The notes below the pieces were generated by a model that saw only the letters and a program-made list of their open reading frames with translations, did no database searches and was not told the DNA's origin. Both the position numbers and the translations under genes were made by a program. This document shows, piece after piece, positions 42,886-50,646 of a stretch of 64,000 bases of DNA. Position 1 is the stretch's first letter. Each line of letters starts with the position of its first letter. The DNA comes from a virus, in IMG/VR virus record IMGVR_UViG_3300036770_005890. One strand, written 5' to 3'.

Positions 42886-43317
42886 TCACTCGCAACCGTC
42901 GTCATCGTTGCCGAGTTCAGAGCTGCCTATGTCCTGGCAGCGCTGAGAGCCGGTGCGATCGACCCAGCAGGCTTGGGCTTGGCTATGCAGGGGCTGCCTG
43001 CCGTCATGCTTCATGAAGGCTTCTCCGTCGGGCTTGACGAAACGGTCGTCGTCGCCCCAGCGGTTGCGCTGGTATTCCATGAGGAAGATCAAGCAGCAGC
43101 CGGCATGGGCTAGATGCGAGAGCCCGGTCTCGGGGTCCGTATTCTCGCCGCGCCACCAGGCGAAGATATGCCTGCAGAGCGCCGAGAAATAGCGGCTCCA
43201 GGGGGTACCACGGCACCAGTTATTGGCGGAATACTTGTCGGCGCCGTAGGTCAGGACATCGGCAATCTCCTCGAGTGCGGCAAATGGCACAAGGTCAAAC
43301 CGCGTCTTGGGTTTCAT
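42886..43317 (-). CDS. dATP/dGTP pyrophosphohydrolase-like (MazZ-like) domain protein
   Basis: FDLVPFAALEEIADVLTYGADKYSANNW and RHIFAWWRGENTDPETGLSHLAHAGCCLIFL match the phage dNTP diphosphohydrolase N-terminal domain as I recall it. Confidence 0.6.
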   Translation of the reverse strand: MKPKTRFDLVPFAALEEIADVLTYGADKYSANNWCRGTPWSRYFSALCRHIFAWWRGENTDPETGLSHLAHAGCCLIFLMEYQRNRWGDDDRFVKPDGEAFMKHDGRQPLHSQAQACWVDRTGSQRCQDIGSSELGNDDDGCE

Positions 43318-43392
43318 GGCGCCTTTGTTATTGGAAGTAGGATAAGAAGAGGACCATGCTGTGGCAAGCGGTCTGAACGATAGAGCGCAGCC

Positions 43393-43680
43393 ATGGACCG
43401 CCGATACAAAGAAGCTCGAGGTTTCTCGTTAGGCGCTCAGGCCCAGCGCGATGCGACTGCCAAGCGCCTGCAAGCCAGGGCTAGAAGCCAAGCCCACACA
43501 GCCAATGCCTATGGCGGTAGCACGGGCGGCTTGCGGAGCATCGACAGCGGGCGCGGCCTGGAGGTGATGCAGGAGCGCGCGCAGTCCATCGCCCAGGCGC
43601 GGCAAGTTTTCAAGGACTTCGGCAGTGGCGCCTTGGGCGCCCGCAAGGCCTTCAGCGAAGCCAGGGTCCTACCAGAGTGA
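43393..43680 (+). CDS. hypothetical protein
   Basis: 95-aa ORF. Confidence 0.4.
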   Translation: MDRRYKEARGFSLGAQAQRDATAKRLQARARSQAHTANAYGGSTGGLRSIDSGRGLEVMQERAQSIAQARQVFKDFGSGALGARKAFSEARVLPE

Positions 43681-43704
43681 GTACCCAATACTGGGTAGTC
43701 ACTC
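43675..43704. terminator. hairpin between convergent genes
   Basis: GAGTGAGTACCCA atac TGGGTAGTCACTC (one mismatch). No U-tract. Confidence 0.35.
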
Positions 43705-44133
43705 CACCAAGGATGCTTCAACGTAGCGCTGCGATACAGCCCGAAGCTTGAGTCCCGGACGCTTGACGCATAGCCGAATCAAGTCAGCAGCGCTGTAGTC
43801 ATCCATGTAAAACAGGACCGAGCCTCCTGAATTCCAGGCTTGATCGCTATCGGTTGGATCCCACCAACGCGAGACGTGGAAGGGTGAGATTGTGAGGCCC
43901 CGGTAGCAAGGCAACGACTGGTGGAACAGATGGAGCTGCTTGGCCAGGGCCGTGACGCAGTCATAAGCTGAGCCGTCGAGTTGCTCACGCAGCTCTGGCT
44001 CAGATGGCAAGGCATCGCGCCAAATCAGCCATGAGTCAAAGACAATGGCGCGGAAGATGCTGAACCAGGCTCCATCAGGAGCCTGGAACTCGTCTGCCGC
44101 GCACTCAGAGCCGGGTACGTGAAACTTACTCAC
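43699..44133 (-). CDS. hypothetical protein
   Basis: In-frame GTG at 44133 overlapping the stop of the upstream gene (GTGAGTAA). The track ORF extends to 44184. Confidence 0.45.
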   Translation of the reverse strand: MSKFHVPGSECAADEFQAPDGAWFSIFRAIVFDSWLIWRDALPSEPELREQLDGSAYDCVTALAKQLHLFHQSLPCYRGLTISPFHVSRWWDPTDSDQAWNSGGSVLFYMDDYSAADLIRLCVKRPGLKLRAVSQRYVEASLVE

Positions 44134-44746
44134 GGTAGTTGTAGGGCTTTTTCTGCAGCGCCTGGTAGGACTTCTCCCAGTCACCTTCGCCGCTCATCTC
44201 GTTGAAGACGACGCGGCCCAGTGCGCTGAAGACGGTGTGAAAGCGAGAGACACGGTTCTGGAATTCGGCGACGGGATCGGGCGGCGGCAAGTAGAAAACA
44301 GCAGACCAGTCCGAGAGCGCGACGTTGCGGAAGACTTCCAGTTCGTCGTCCCACCAGCACGGCCGCAAGCGGCGGAATGGCATACAGGCGGGGAAGTCCC
44401 ACAGCCATGGAGCTTTGATGATGGTCTCGTTATGCGAGATCCAAAGCATGGCCTGATTAACTCGACCGGCCCGGTACTCGCGCAGGGTCTTGTTGATCAA
44501 GCGCCTGGAGAGCACGGCGCTCATGGGAGGGGCGACAAGCACGCGCTTGTCTCCTGGCAGATCCCATGGTTGAGAGAGGAGAAGCTCGAGGTCGTCTTTG
44601 TCACGGTCGTGAAAACGACTGGCCTGAACGAGCCTGTTGATATCGGAATTCGCGAAGGCATCGAAGTCGATGGCGCCCATGACCGAGCGTGCTGCAAGCA
44701 CGAAGTCCTGGGGCGGAGCAAGGCGGGCCCTGTGTTGTTCACCCAT
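44126..44746 (-). CDS. phage Dam-family (N6-adenine methyltransferase-like) protein with degenerate catalytic motif
   Basis: FVLAARSVMGAIDFDAFAN, KRVLVAPPMS at the position where NPPY is expected, LREYRAGRVNQAMLWIS, WLWDFPACMPFRRLRP. Alignment made from memory of the family. Confidence 0.5.
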   Translation of the reverse strand: MGEQHRARLAPPQDFVLAARSVMGAIDFDAFANSDINRLVQASRFHDRDKDDLELLLSQPWDLPGDKRVLVAPPMSAVLSRRLINKTLREYRAGRVNQAMLWISHNETIIKAPWLWDFPACMPFRRLRPCWWDDELEVFRNVALSDWSAVFYLPPPDPVAEFQNRVSRFHTVFSALGRVVFNEMSGEGDWEKSYQALQKKPYNYRE

Positions 44747-44749
44747 CGG

Positions 44750-45193
44750 TCAAGCAGCAAATTCTTCGAGCATGGCCTGGATTGCCCGGGCCGGATAGTC
44801 ACGATCGATCGGGAAGACTTGCATCGAGCTGTTGTCGATAAGCAGGACAAGCCCGCACTTCTCGAAATTGGTGGAGCCGATCTGGGAGATGGCATCAGCG
44901 AGGAACTGCTCGACATCGCTGTCGCCAGCTCGCTTGGCTTCCGCCTGGTCAACTCGCAGGTCATCAACAGGCAGGTATTCACTGCATTGAGCGCCGTCAC
45001 GGAGGCGCACGCACAGAAGTCCTGGACCGTTGTGCCGAAACCCGATATCAAAGAGATGCAGTTGATCGGCAAGGATCGCCTCACACGCCAGCGTGTTGAA
45101 ACGCAGTGAAGCCTCTTTGTCTCCTTGGGTTCCAGGCTGCTTGAGCTCGGGGAAGAACTTGCTGAGCAGTTCAAAACGAGAAGGCCTAGTCAT
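44750..45193 (-). CDS. hypothetical protein
   Basis: 147-aa ORF collinear with the minus-strand operon. The competing frames 44237..45109 and 44521..45174 were judged spurious. Confidence 0.45.
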   Translation of the reverse strand: MTRPSRFELLSKFFPELKQPGTQGDKEASLRFNTLACEAILADQLHLFDIGFRHNGPGLLCVRLRDGAQCSEYLPVDDLRVDQAEAKRAGDSDVEQFLADAISQIGSTNFEKCGLVLLIDNSSMQVFPIDRDYPARAIQAMLEEFAA

Positions 45194-45437
45194 GGGGCAT
45201 GCGCTGTTGGAAGGTGATGACGATGAAATCCGTGAGTTGCTCGGCGGCTTTGATCATGCCCTGCAGTTCGGGATCAAAGTTGTCCTGCTGGAGGTAATCG
45301 ACAACTTCGCTGAGGAGGCCGTGAGACTGGATGAGCTTGTCAAACAGGTGATGGACCTCGAGAGCAGGGAGATCCTCTGCTGTATCGAAGCTGTTAATGA
45401 AGTCTGCTAGAGACTGATCGGAATCGTTGGAGAACAT
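45186..45437 (-). CDS. hypothetical acidic protein
   Basis: 83 aa. Confidence 0.45.
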   Translation of the reverse strand: MFSNDSDQSLADFINSFDTAEDLPALEVHHLFDKLIQSHGLLSEVVDYLQQDNFDPELQGMIKAAEQLTDFIVITFQQRMPHD

Positions 45438-45438
45438 G

Positions 45439-46152
45439 TCAAGGTGCGAGCTGTGCTTTGCCCTTGCGGTTGTTCGCCCACCAGCCGTGGACTTCGGGCG
45501 CCCAGCGCTGAACCTCTGTTGAGATCAGCTCCATTAGATGGCGGATCTCTGATTGAGCATCACTTTTTAGGCGGACATCAAGCATGTGCAGCCAGGATCG
45601 GAGATTGCCGGTAACCATGGCGTTCTGGTAGTAAGAGGTCACCAGAACCTGCCTGGCGTGTTCTTCAGAAACACCTTTGTCCCGCAGACGGGCGTAGTCG
45701 ATTGCCGATGACAGGGCGATTGCGTGCGCCTCTTCGGCGTCGTCGGCACTCCAGGTGTAGCGATCACCTTGACGATCCCAGTAGGTGCCGGGTTGGCGAA
45801 CGTAGAAGACGTCTTCAGGGGGGATCTCGCGGCGAGCAACGCGCATCAGGCGCTCGCCTGTGTAGCGCATCGACTGAACATCGAAGCTCATGCCAATGCG
45901 ATGTGTCCGCATCTGCACGATGGTGTTGTGGTCAGCGCAGATCAGTACAGACAGCGAAGGGTGCTCGAGGGGGCCGTAGTGACCACGGTTGCCCTTGAGC
46001 AGGCGCTCAACAACGATCTCGCCGCAGCGATCCTCACTCAGGTCGGTAGCTGGAGCGAAGTCCTCGGAGTAGTCAGTATGGAGCGCGATGTAAGCAACAC
46101 GCTGCGGCATCTCGGTGGCCGCAACGGTTTGCGCGCGAAACAAGCCAGTCAA
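45439..46152 (-). CDS. thyX: flavin-dependent thymidylate synthase ThyX
   Basis: ThyX signature RTHRIGMSFDVQSMRY (RHRxxSxxxxSxR). 237 aa, TTG start. Confidence 0.9.
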   Translation of the reverse strand: MTGLFRAQTVAATEMPQRVAYIALHTDYSEDFAPATDLSEDRCGEIVVERLLKGNRGHYGPLEHPSLSVLICADHNTIVQMRTHRIGMSFDVQSMRYTGERLMRVARREIPPEDVFYVRQPGTYWDRQGDRYTWSADDAEEAHAIALSSAIDYARLRDKGVSEEHARQVLVTSYYQNAMVTGNLRSWLHMLDVRLKSDAQSEIRHLMELISTEVQRWAPEVHGWWANNRKGKAQLAP

Positions 46153-46235
46153 GCGACAGGGGCGGGTAAGCAGAGAGTAATGACTGCTCCGTCACTGCGC
46201 AAGCTCTGTCGCACAGCGGGATGGGATCTGCAGAA

Positions 46236-47027
46236 TCAGCCAATCCTCTTTTTGTAATACTTAAACAGGTCTTTCCCGTCGCCAAGAGAGGGAACCTTGC
46301 CGACGAAATTATCCAGGTGGAAGCGACCCGAGTCTCCGATTTCTTGGGCGCCACGCGTGGCAACGGCGTAAGACTCAGGCAGGAATCGCCGGAAATAGTC
46401 ATCGGTGGCGTCGTTGCCGTATTGGGCAACGGAGGCAATCATGTCCTCGCCAGGATTGAAATGGATGCTGCCACCAGTTGTGTAGCCACCGCCGTAGGTG
46501 CCGGAGTCGTCTTGACCGGGGCCGTCGTTGGAGCCCTGAGTGGGATCTTGAGTGGGATCTTGGGTGGGATCCTGAGTGGGGTCGGGATTGGCTGGGTCTT
46601 CTTTCTTGACGCGGCTCGGGATGTCACCGATGTAGGTGTACGAGCCCCTGGAGTTTTGAACCCAGTTCGCAGAGCCCTTGTCGTAGCTTCCTCGGCCGGG
46701 GAAGGTGACAGGGCTGCTATTGCCGTTGAAATTTGCGGTCTGGTCTTCCGGGAATTCGTGGGTCAACTGCCCGCGCTTGTTCAGCCTGACGCCTGTAACT
46801 TCGGCTGACTTCTTGCCAATTCTGAGAGTGGGATCTTTCTTGAGCGCACGGGCGATCTCGTTCGCCATGTACGTGTTGTTGAGAGCGCTGCCCGAGAGGG
46901 GGAATGTCCGCTCAGCGACATCCCTGAAATCCTTCTTCGTGATCTTGCCGTCCTTGGCAGCCCTGCGGATCACCTTCTCGGCCTGAACCTTGGCCTTGTC
47001 CCTGAGTTCCTTTTCCCAGCTACTCAT
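46236..47027 (-). CDS. hypothetical protein with (DPTQ)4 repeat
   Basis: 263 aa, contains PANPDPTQDPTQDPTQDPTQGSNDGPG. Confidence 0.5.
   Translation of the reverse strand: MSSWEKELRDKAKVQAEKVIRRAAKDGKITKKDFRDVAERTFPLSGSALNNTYMANEIARALKKDPTLRIGKKSAEVTGVRLNKRGQLTHEFPEDQTANFNGNSSPVTFPGRGSYDKGSANWVQNSRGSYTYIGDIPSRVKKEDPANPDPTQDPTQDPTQDPTQGSNDGPGQDDSGTYGGGYTTGGSIHFNPGEDMIASVAQYGNDATDDYFRRFLPESYAVATRGAQEIGDSGRFHLDNFVGKVPSLGDGKDLFKYYKKRIG
46536..46592 (-). repeat. 12-nt tandem repeat x4 encoding DPTQ
   Basis: Plus strand tgagtgggatct repeated. Confidence 0.7.
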
Positions 47028-47075
47028 GACGCAAGAAGGAGGCCGTATGTAATGCGTTCATCATAGAAACTGCCG

Positions 47076-47753
47076 CTATTCCGTTCCCTCCTGTTTAGCG
47101 AGCGCACGCACGTCTACCGGTCCGTCTGAGTTCAGGCGTGACTCAATCCAGAGCTTGTTGCTTTTCTCCAGCTTCTCGAAGCGCTTGGGGTCTCGATCGC
47201 GCGTGGTTAGTAGGAACGACTGGGTTTCGTTGATGAGTTTGTGGGAGTTGAATTCCAGATCGATGGCCTGGATATGGCGGTTATGGAAGTAGTGGGGAAC
47301 GCCCCTGACTCGGATGTGCAACGGGTTGCAGCAGTTGGGATTGCCGCAGACGGTCTTGACGGGTAGTCGACCGATGTCACCCCACGTCAGCCAGGCAGCA
47401 ACGCGCGGGGCACTCCATTGTTGATTGCTGGTCCAGAAGCGCGGAAATGAGAAATAAGACGTGCCGTGGCGGGAATGGATCAGCCCGCGCCACTCCCAGC
47501 ACCCCTCGGGGTCATCGATATCGACGAAGCTCCAGAACTCGAGGAACCGGCGCCTGAACGACTTATGGATTCGATGGACGTCCAGGCTGAGGCGCCCTTC
47601 CGTCAATGAGCTGACGCAGCGGACGCAGGCATGGCTATCGGTATAGCGGGGGATGCGGCCGTCGCGGGAGCCCAGTGAATGATCAGCAAAAGGGCAAATG
47701 GGTCCCCCTTCAATCTGAGCGTGAAGATTGGGAGGGAGTTGCCAGTGCCCCAT
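47076..47753 (-). CDS. HNH homing endonuclease
   Basis: PEGCWEWRG...VCGNPNCCNPLHIRV, the typical HNH_3 pattern. ATG 22 nt after TACATT. Confidence 0.7.
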   Translation of the reverse strand: MGHWQLPPNLHAQIEGGPICPFADHSLGSRDGRIPRYTDSHACVRCVSSLTEGRLSLDVHRIHKSFRRRFLEFWSFVDIDDPEGCWEWRGLIHSRHGTSYFSFPRFWTSNQQWSAPRVAAWLTWGDIGRLPVKTVCGNPNCCNPLHIRVRGVPHYFHNRHIQAIDLEFNSHKLINETQSFLLTTRDRDPKRFEKLEKSNKLWIESRLNSDGPVDVRALAKQEGTE

Positions 47754-47768
47754 TGCAAAGAAGCATGC

Positions 47769-48062
47769 TTAAAGCAATGTATCGGCTGGTGCCGAATCAA
47801 CGGGGGCGAGCTCAATGCGCTGGCGTGCATGGGTTTTCGGGCGGTGATCGCCGTCCCAAAGAACGCTGACGTAGGTGTAGGCGCTGCCGTTCGCCGCCTT
47901 GCGCGTCTCGATCGCGACGATCTCGCCGCGACGCTCGGATTTAACGATGTCGCGCGCAATCGCGAACCCCGGAGAGGTGGGCTTGGCAATGAACATCTTG
48001 AGTGAGTCGCGCTCGCGAACGCGATCGCCGATCTGAAGCGTCGGCGCCTTGGGTTTGCTCAT
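47769..48062 (-). CDS. hypothetical protein
   Basis: 97-aa ORF. Confidence 0.45.
   Translation of the reverse strand: MSKPKAPTLQIGDRVRERDSLKMFIAKPTSPGFAIARDIVKSERRGEIVAIETRKAANGSAYTYVSVLWDGDHRPKTHARQRIELAPVDSAPADTLL
47776..47781 (-). promoter_or_regulatory. -10-like hexamer TACATT, 22 nt before ATG 47753
   Basis: Fixed-distance set, upstream of the HNH gene. Confidence 0.35.
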
Positions 48063-48313
48063 GATTGGGCTGCAGCAGGAATCAAGGGAAAGCCCTTGGG
48101 TGGTTGAAAGCGACCACCCAAAGCGGGCACTTGTTCTCGCTTGGGGCGCGAGACGACGTGACGCAAGGGCCAGTACTCGTTGCGTGTACTGCCTTCAATG
48201 GCGACCAGGATCAGGGCGCGGTTCCAGCCAGCGGCCTCGGCCTTGCCGATGATCAGAGCACTGCGCCCATCAACTGCGTGCGTGACGCGCTCCCCGAGAC
48301 GGAGAGAAGCCAT
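48059..48313 (-). CDS. hypothetical protein
   Basis: 84-aa ORF overlapping the next gene by 4 nt. Confidence 0.45.
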   Translation of the reverse strand: MASLRLGERVTHAVDGRSALIIGKAEAAGWNRALILVAIEGSTRNEYWPLRHVVSRPKREQVPALGGRFQPPKGFPLIPAAAQS

Positions 48314-48344
48314 ACCAAGGAGTGATCAACGCACGCCAGGGTAG

Positions 48345-48893
48345 TCACTCTGCAAGACATTGCAAGCCCAACGACTCAAGCTCGTCGGCGTGATCGCCGT
48401 CTTCTTCGATGATCGGGTTGATCGGGCCCTTGATGGGGATGCGATGCACGGCAACGCCGGCCTCAATGAACATCTCGCGGGCTAGGCCAAAGCTCTCCTG
48501 CCAGCGGAGGGGCTCGACAAAATCGGGAACAACGACTTTGGTGATGTCGGCCTGGATGAGCATGGCCGCGCAGGTAGCGCAGGTCATGAGCGGCCAGACG
48601 TACATCGTGGCGCCAGCGAGGCAAACGCCGTTGCGGGCGGCGTAGGCAATGCAGTTCATCTCGGCATGGGTGGTCATGCTGAGACGGATGTCTCGATTCA
48701 TGAGACGTGTCTCGCTATCGGCAACCCCGACCGGGAGGCCGTTGAAGCCGGTCGCCAGGATGCGGCGATCGCGAACCGCGACGGCACCCACTTTGGTACT
48801 GGGGTCTTTCGACCAGCCGGCAACGTGAGAGGCGATGACAAGAAAGCGCTGGTCCCAGTGCTTGGGCGGACGGGGTGGCTTGAGGTTGTCCAT
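48345..48893 (-). CDS. dCMP deaminase
   Basis: Zinc motifs HAEMNCI and TCATCAAMLIQ (H-A-E and C-x-x-C). 182 aa. Confidence 0.85.
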   Translation of the reverse strand: MDNLKPPRPPKHWDQRFLVIASHVAGWSKDPSTKVGAVAVRDRRILATGFNGLPVGVADSETRLMNRDIRLSMTTHAEMNCIAYAARNGVCLAGATMYVWPLMTCATCAAMLIQADITKVVVPDFVEPLRWQESFGLAREMFIEAGVAVHRIPIKGPINPIIEEDGDHADELESLGLQCLAE

Positions 48894-48919
48894 GGTGATT
48901 GTGAAATCTGGAGTAAGCG

Positions 48920-49600
48920 TTAAGGCTGAACTGCAGTGGCGTGGAACCCATACACGCCATTGGATGTTGTCAAGGGCATCAGGTTCATGGAAAGGCTTTG
49001 CCTGCCCGGCGCTGAGGGTGGGTAACCGTGCAGTTGGTGCGACTCCCAGAGCAGGATGTCTCCCACATCCGGCGCAATCACAGCATCTGAATTGAATGGT
49101 GTATGGCTAACGGTGCGCAGGGAGAGGCTGGGAGTAGTGGGAACTGCGTTGCGGCGGGGATTGGCGAAGACGATGGGCGAGTGACCGGCGGATCTCTTGA
49201 TGTAGTAAGTGCCGGAAATGAATGAATTGGTGTGGATATGGGGTTGCTGGAAGCCGCCATCGCGGGTCTCATTGACCCAGCTATCGGTCACGGTGAATCC
49301 GGAAGATGCGTCTAGCCCCAGGGCCTCTGTGGCAAAGACCTTGGCCAGGCCTTCGACCCAGGCGCGGAATTCAGAGAAGCAAGAGCGCAGTAGTACGGAT
49401 TCGCCATCAAAGAAGATCTTGAGCCCGGGGTTCCCTTCATTGACGATGGGGGACGATGACTCAATCAGCTCCGCAAGTGCCTTGTTGAATTGGCGGGAAT
49501 CCGGGTAGGAGGCTTGGAGAATCGGTGCAGGGTGGACAGGCAGGAAAACATGAGGGGGGCCCTTGACTTCTCGCAAGGATGGAAGGAATCCGTTGGCCAT
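48920..49600 (-). CDS. 2OG-Fe(II) oxygenase family protein (cyanophage type)
   Basis: PHIHTNSFISGTYYIK and LLWESHQLHG motifs. Confidence 0.65.
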   Translation of the reverse strand: MANGFLPSLREVKGPPHVFLPVHPAPILQASYPDSRQFNKALAELIESSSPIVNEGNPGLKIFFDGESVLLRSCFSEFRAWVEGLAKVFATEALGLDASSGFTVTDSWVNETRDGGFQQPHIHTNSFISGTYYIKRSAGHSPIVFANPRRNAVPTTPSLSLRTVSHTPFNSDAVIAPDVGDILLWESHQLHGYPPSAPGRQSLSMNLMPLTTSNGVYGFHATAVQP

Positions 49601-49607
49601 GAATTTC

Positions 49608-49613
49608 TATACT
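49608..49613 (+). promoter_or_regulatory. -10-like hexamer TATACT (TCTATACTTAGTGAGAGCC), 25 nt before GTG 49639
   Basis: Fixed-distance set. Confidence 0.4.
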
Positions 49614-49638
49614 TAGTGAGAGCCTCTGACGCCGTGGC

Positions 49639-49845
49639 GTGGTCGAAGTCGCAGCCGTGATCGGCGTTGCTGCAGTAGGTGCACTTTGGCGTATGGCCTT
49701 TGAGCAGGGCAAGATGCAGCGCGGCATGGATGCGATCTTGCGCGAAGTGCAGATGCTGCGGACCGACCTGTCAAAGGACATCCAGGGCCTGGAAGGCCGC
49801 GTCGGCGACCACGAAATTCGGCTGCGAGAGCTGGAGCGTCGCTGA
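49639..49845 (+). CDS. small membrane-anchored coiled-coil protein
   Basis: 68 aa, VAAVIGVAAVGALW followed by a heptad-like region. GTG start 25 nt after TATACT. Confidence 0.4.
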   Translation: MVEVAAVIGVAAVGALWRMAFEQGKMQRGMDAILREVQMLRTDLSKDIQGLEGRVGDHEIRLRELERR

Positions 49846-50256
49846 TCAGGCGGCGTTGACGTCAGCGCCTGAGCCGACCTCTATGGCATCGACGATGGCG
49901 GGGCGCCAGCCGCCAGCCCAGAGGGAGCGGCAGCGGCGGTTGAGGTCATCGCGTGACATCTGCCAGCGAGCGAGGCAGCGCTGCAGGTCCTGCTGGATGT
50001 CGTAGCAGCCGGGGTAGCCGTCGTAGCGAATCATGAGCCGCCCGGCGTCGGTGCAGTGCTGAGCGTCGGGGGTGGGCGCCTGGAGCAGTTGATCAATGAT
50101 CGCCCTGTCTTGTTTGTAGAGCGTATGAGACTGGTCTTGAGACAGCTGAGGCACGGCCCTATGAAGCGTACGTCGCACAGATCGTAGGCCCTGTCTTGCT
50201 TTTTGCAAGACTGTGTCACGGCGTCTCGCAGGTGTGCCAGACCCCGGTACGTGCAA
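49846..50256 (-). CDS. hypothetical protein (start uncertain)
   Basis: The track ORF starts at a TTG. The first in-frame ATG is at 50034. Confidence 0.4.
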   Translation of the reverse strand: MHVPGSGTPARRRDTVLQKARQGLRSVRRTLHRAVPQLSQDQSHTLYKQDRAIIDQLLQAPTPDAQHCTDAGRLMIRYDGYPGCYDIQQDLQRCLARWQMSRDDLNRRCRSLWAGGWRPAIVDAIEVGSGADVNAA

Positions 50257-50574
50257 ATCGATTGCGCTGGAATGAGACTGACGGGGTGTACGGGGTGACA
50301 GGCTATTTCTACAACTTCTAAATTAAATTCCTCCCCTTTCTTGGTTTAGAGGGACAACCAAGAAAACCCACACCGGTATCACGAGTCATCGTAGCGAGGA
50401 CGACGCGGAGTGGGAAAAGCAGGAAGAGGGAGAAGAGGGAACGGCGTAAGCCGAATAAAGAGAGGGTAGGAATCGCCTAGCACGCCCCGGCACGGGCTAA
50501 GACTCACGCTGCTGCAGGTGATGCAGCGTGACGCCAGGTCTTCCTGATTGCGTGACGCTGTGACGAGCAAGCAC

Positions 50575-50600
50575 AAAAAAGCCGCCCTCACTGGAGCGGC
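50575..50600 (-). terminator. weak rho-independent terminator downstream of the primase gene
   Basis: Minus strand GCCGC...GCGGC followed by TTTTTT. Confidence 0.4.
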
Positions 50601-50646
50601 AGGCGTATCAGATTGGACCAGATCGAGACTGGTCTCATTGCGGGAC

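Noticed and set aside
42886-44746. 2-aminoadenine (Z-genome) biosynthesis cluster
   Set aside because: Only the MazZ-like domain is present. No PurZ-like adenylosuccinate synthetase or DatZ HD-hydrolase motifs occur in any frame I read.
44237-45174. Alternative long ORFs 44237..45109 (+) and 44521..45174 (-)
   Set aside because: They compete with the collinear, tightly coupled minus-strand genes 44126..44746 and 44750..45193, and they lack motifs.
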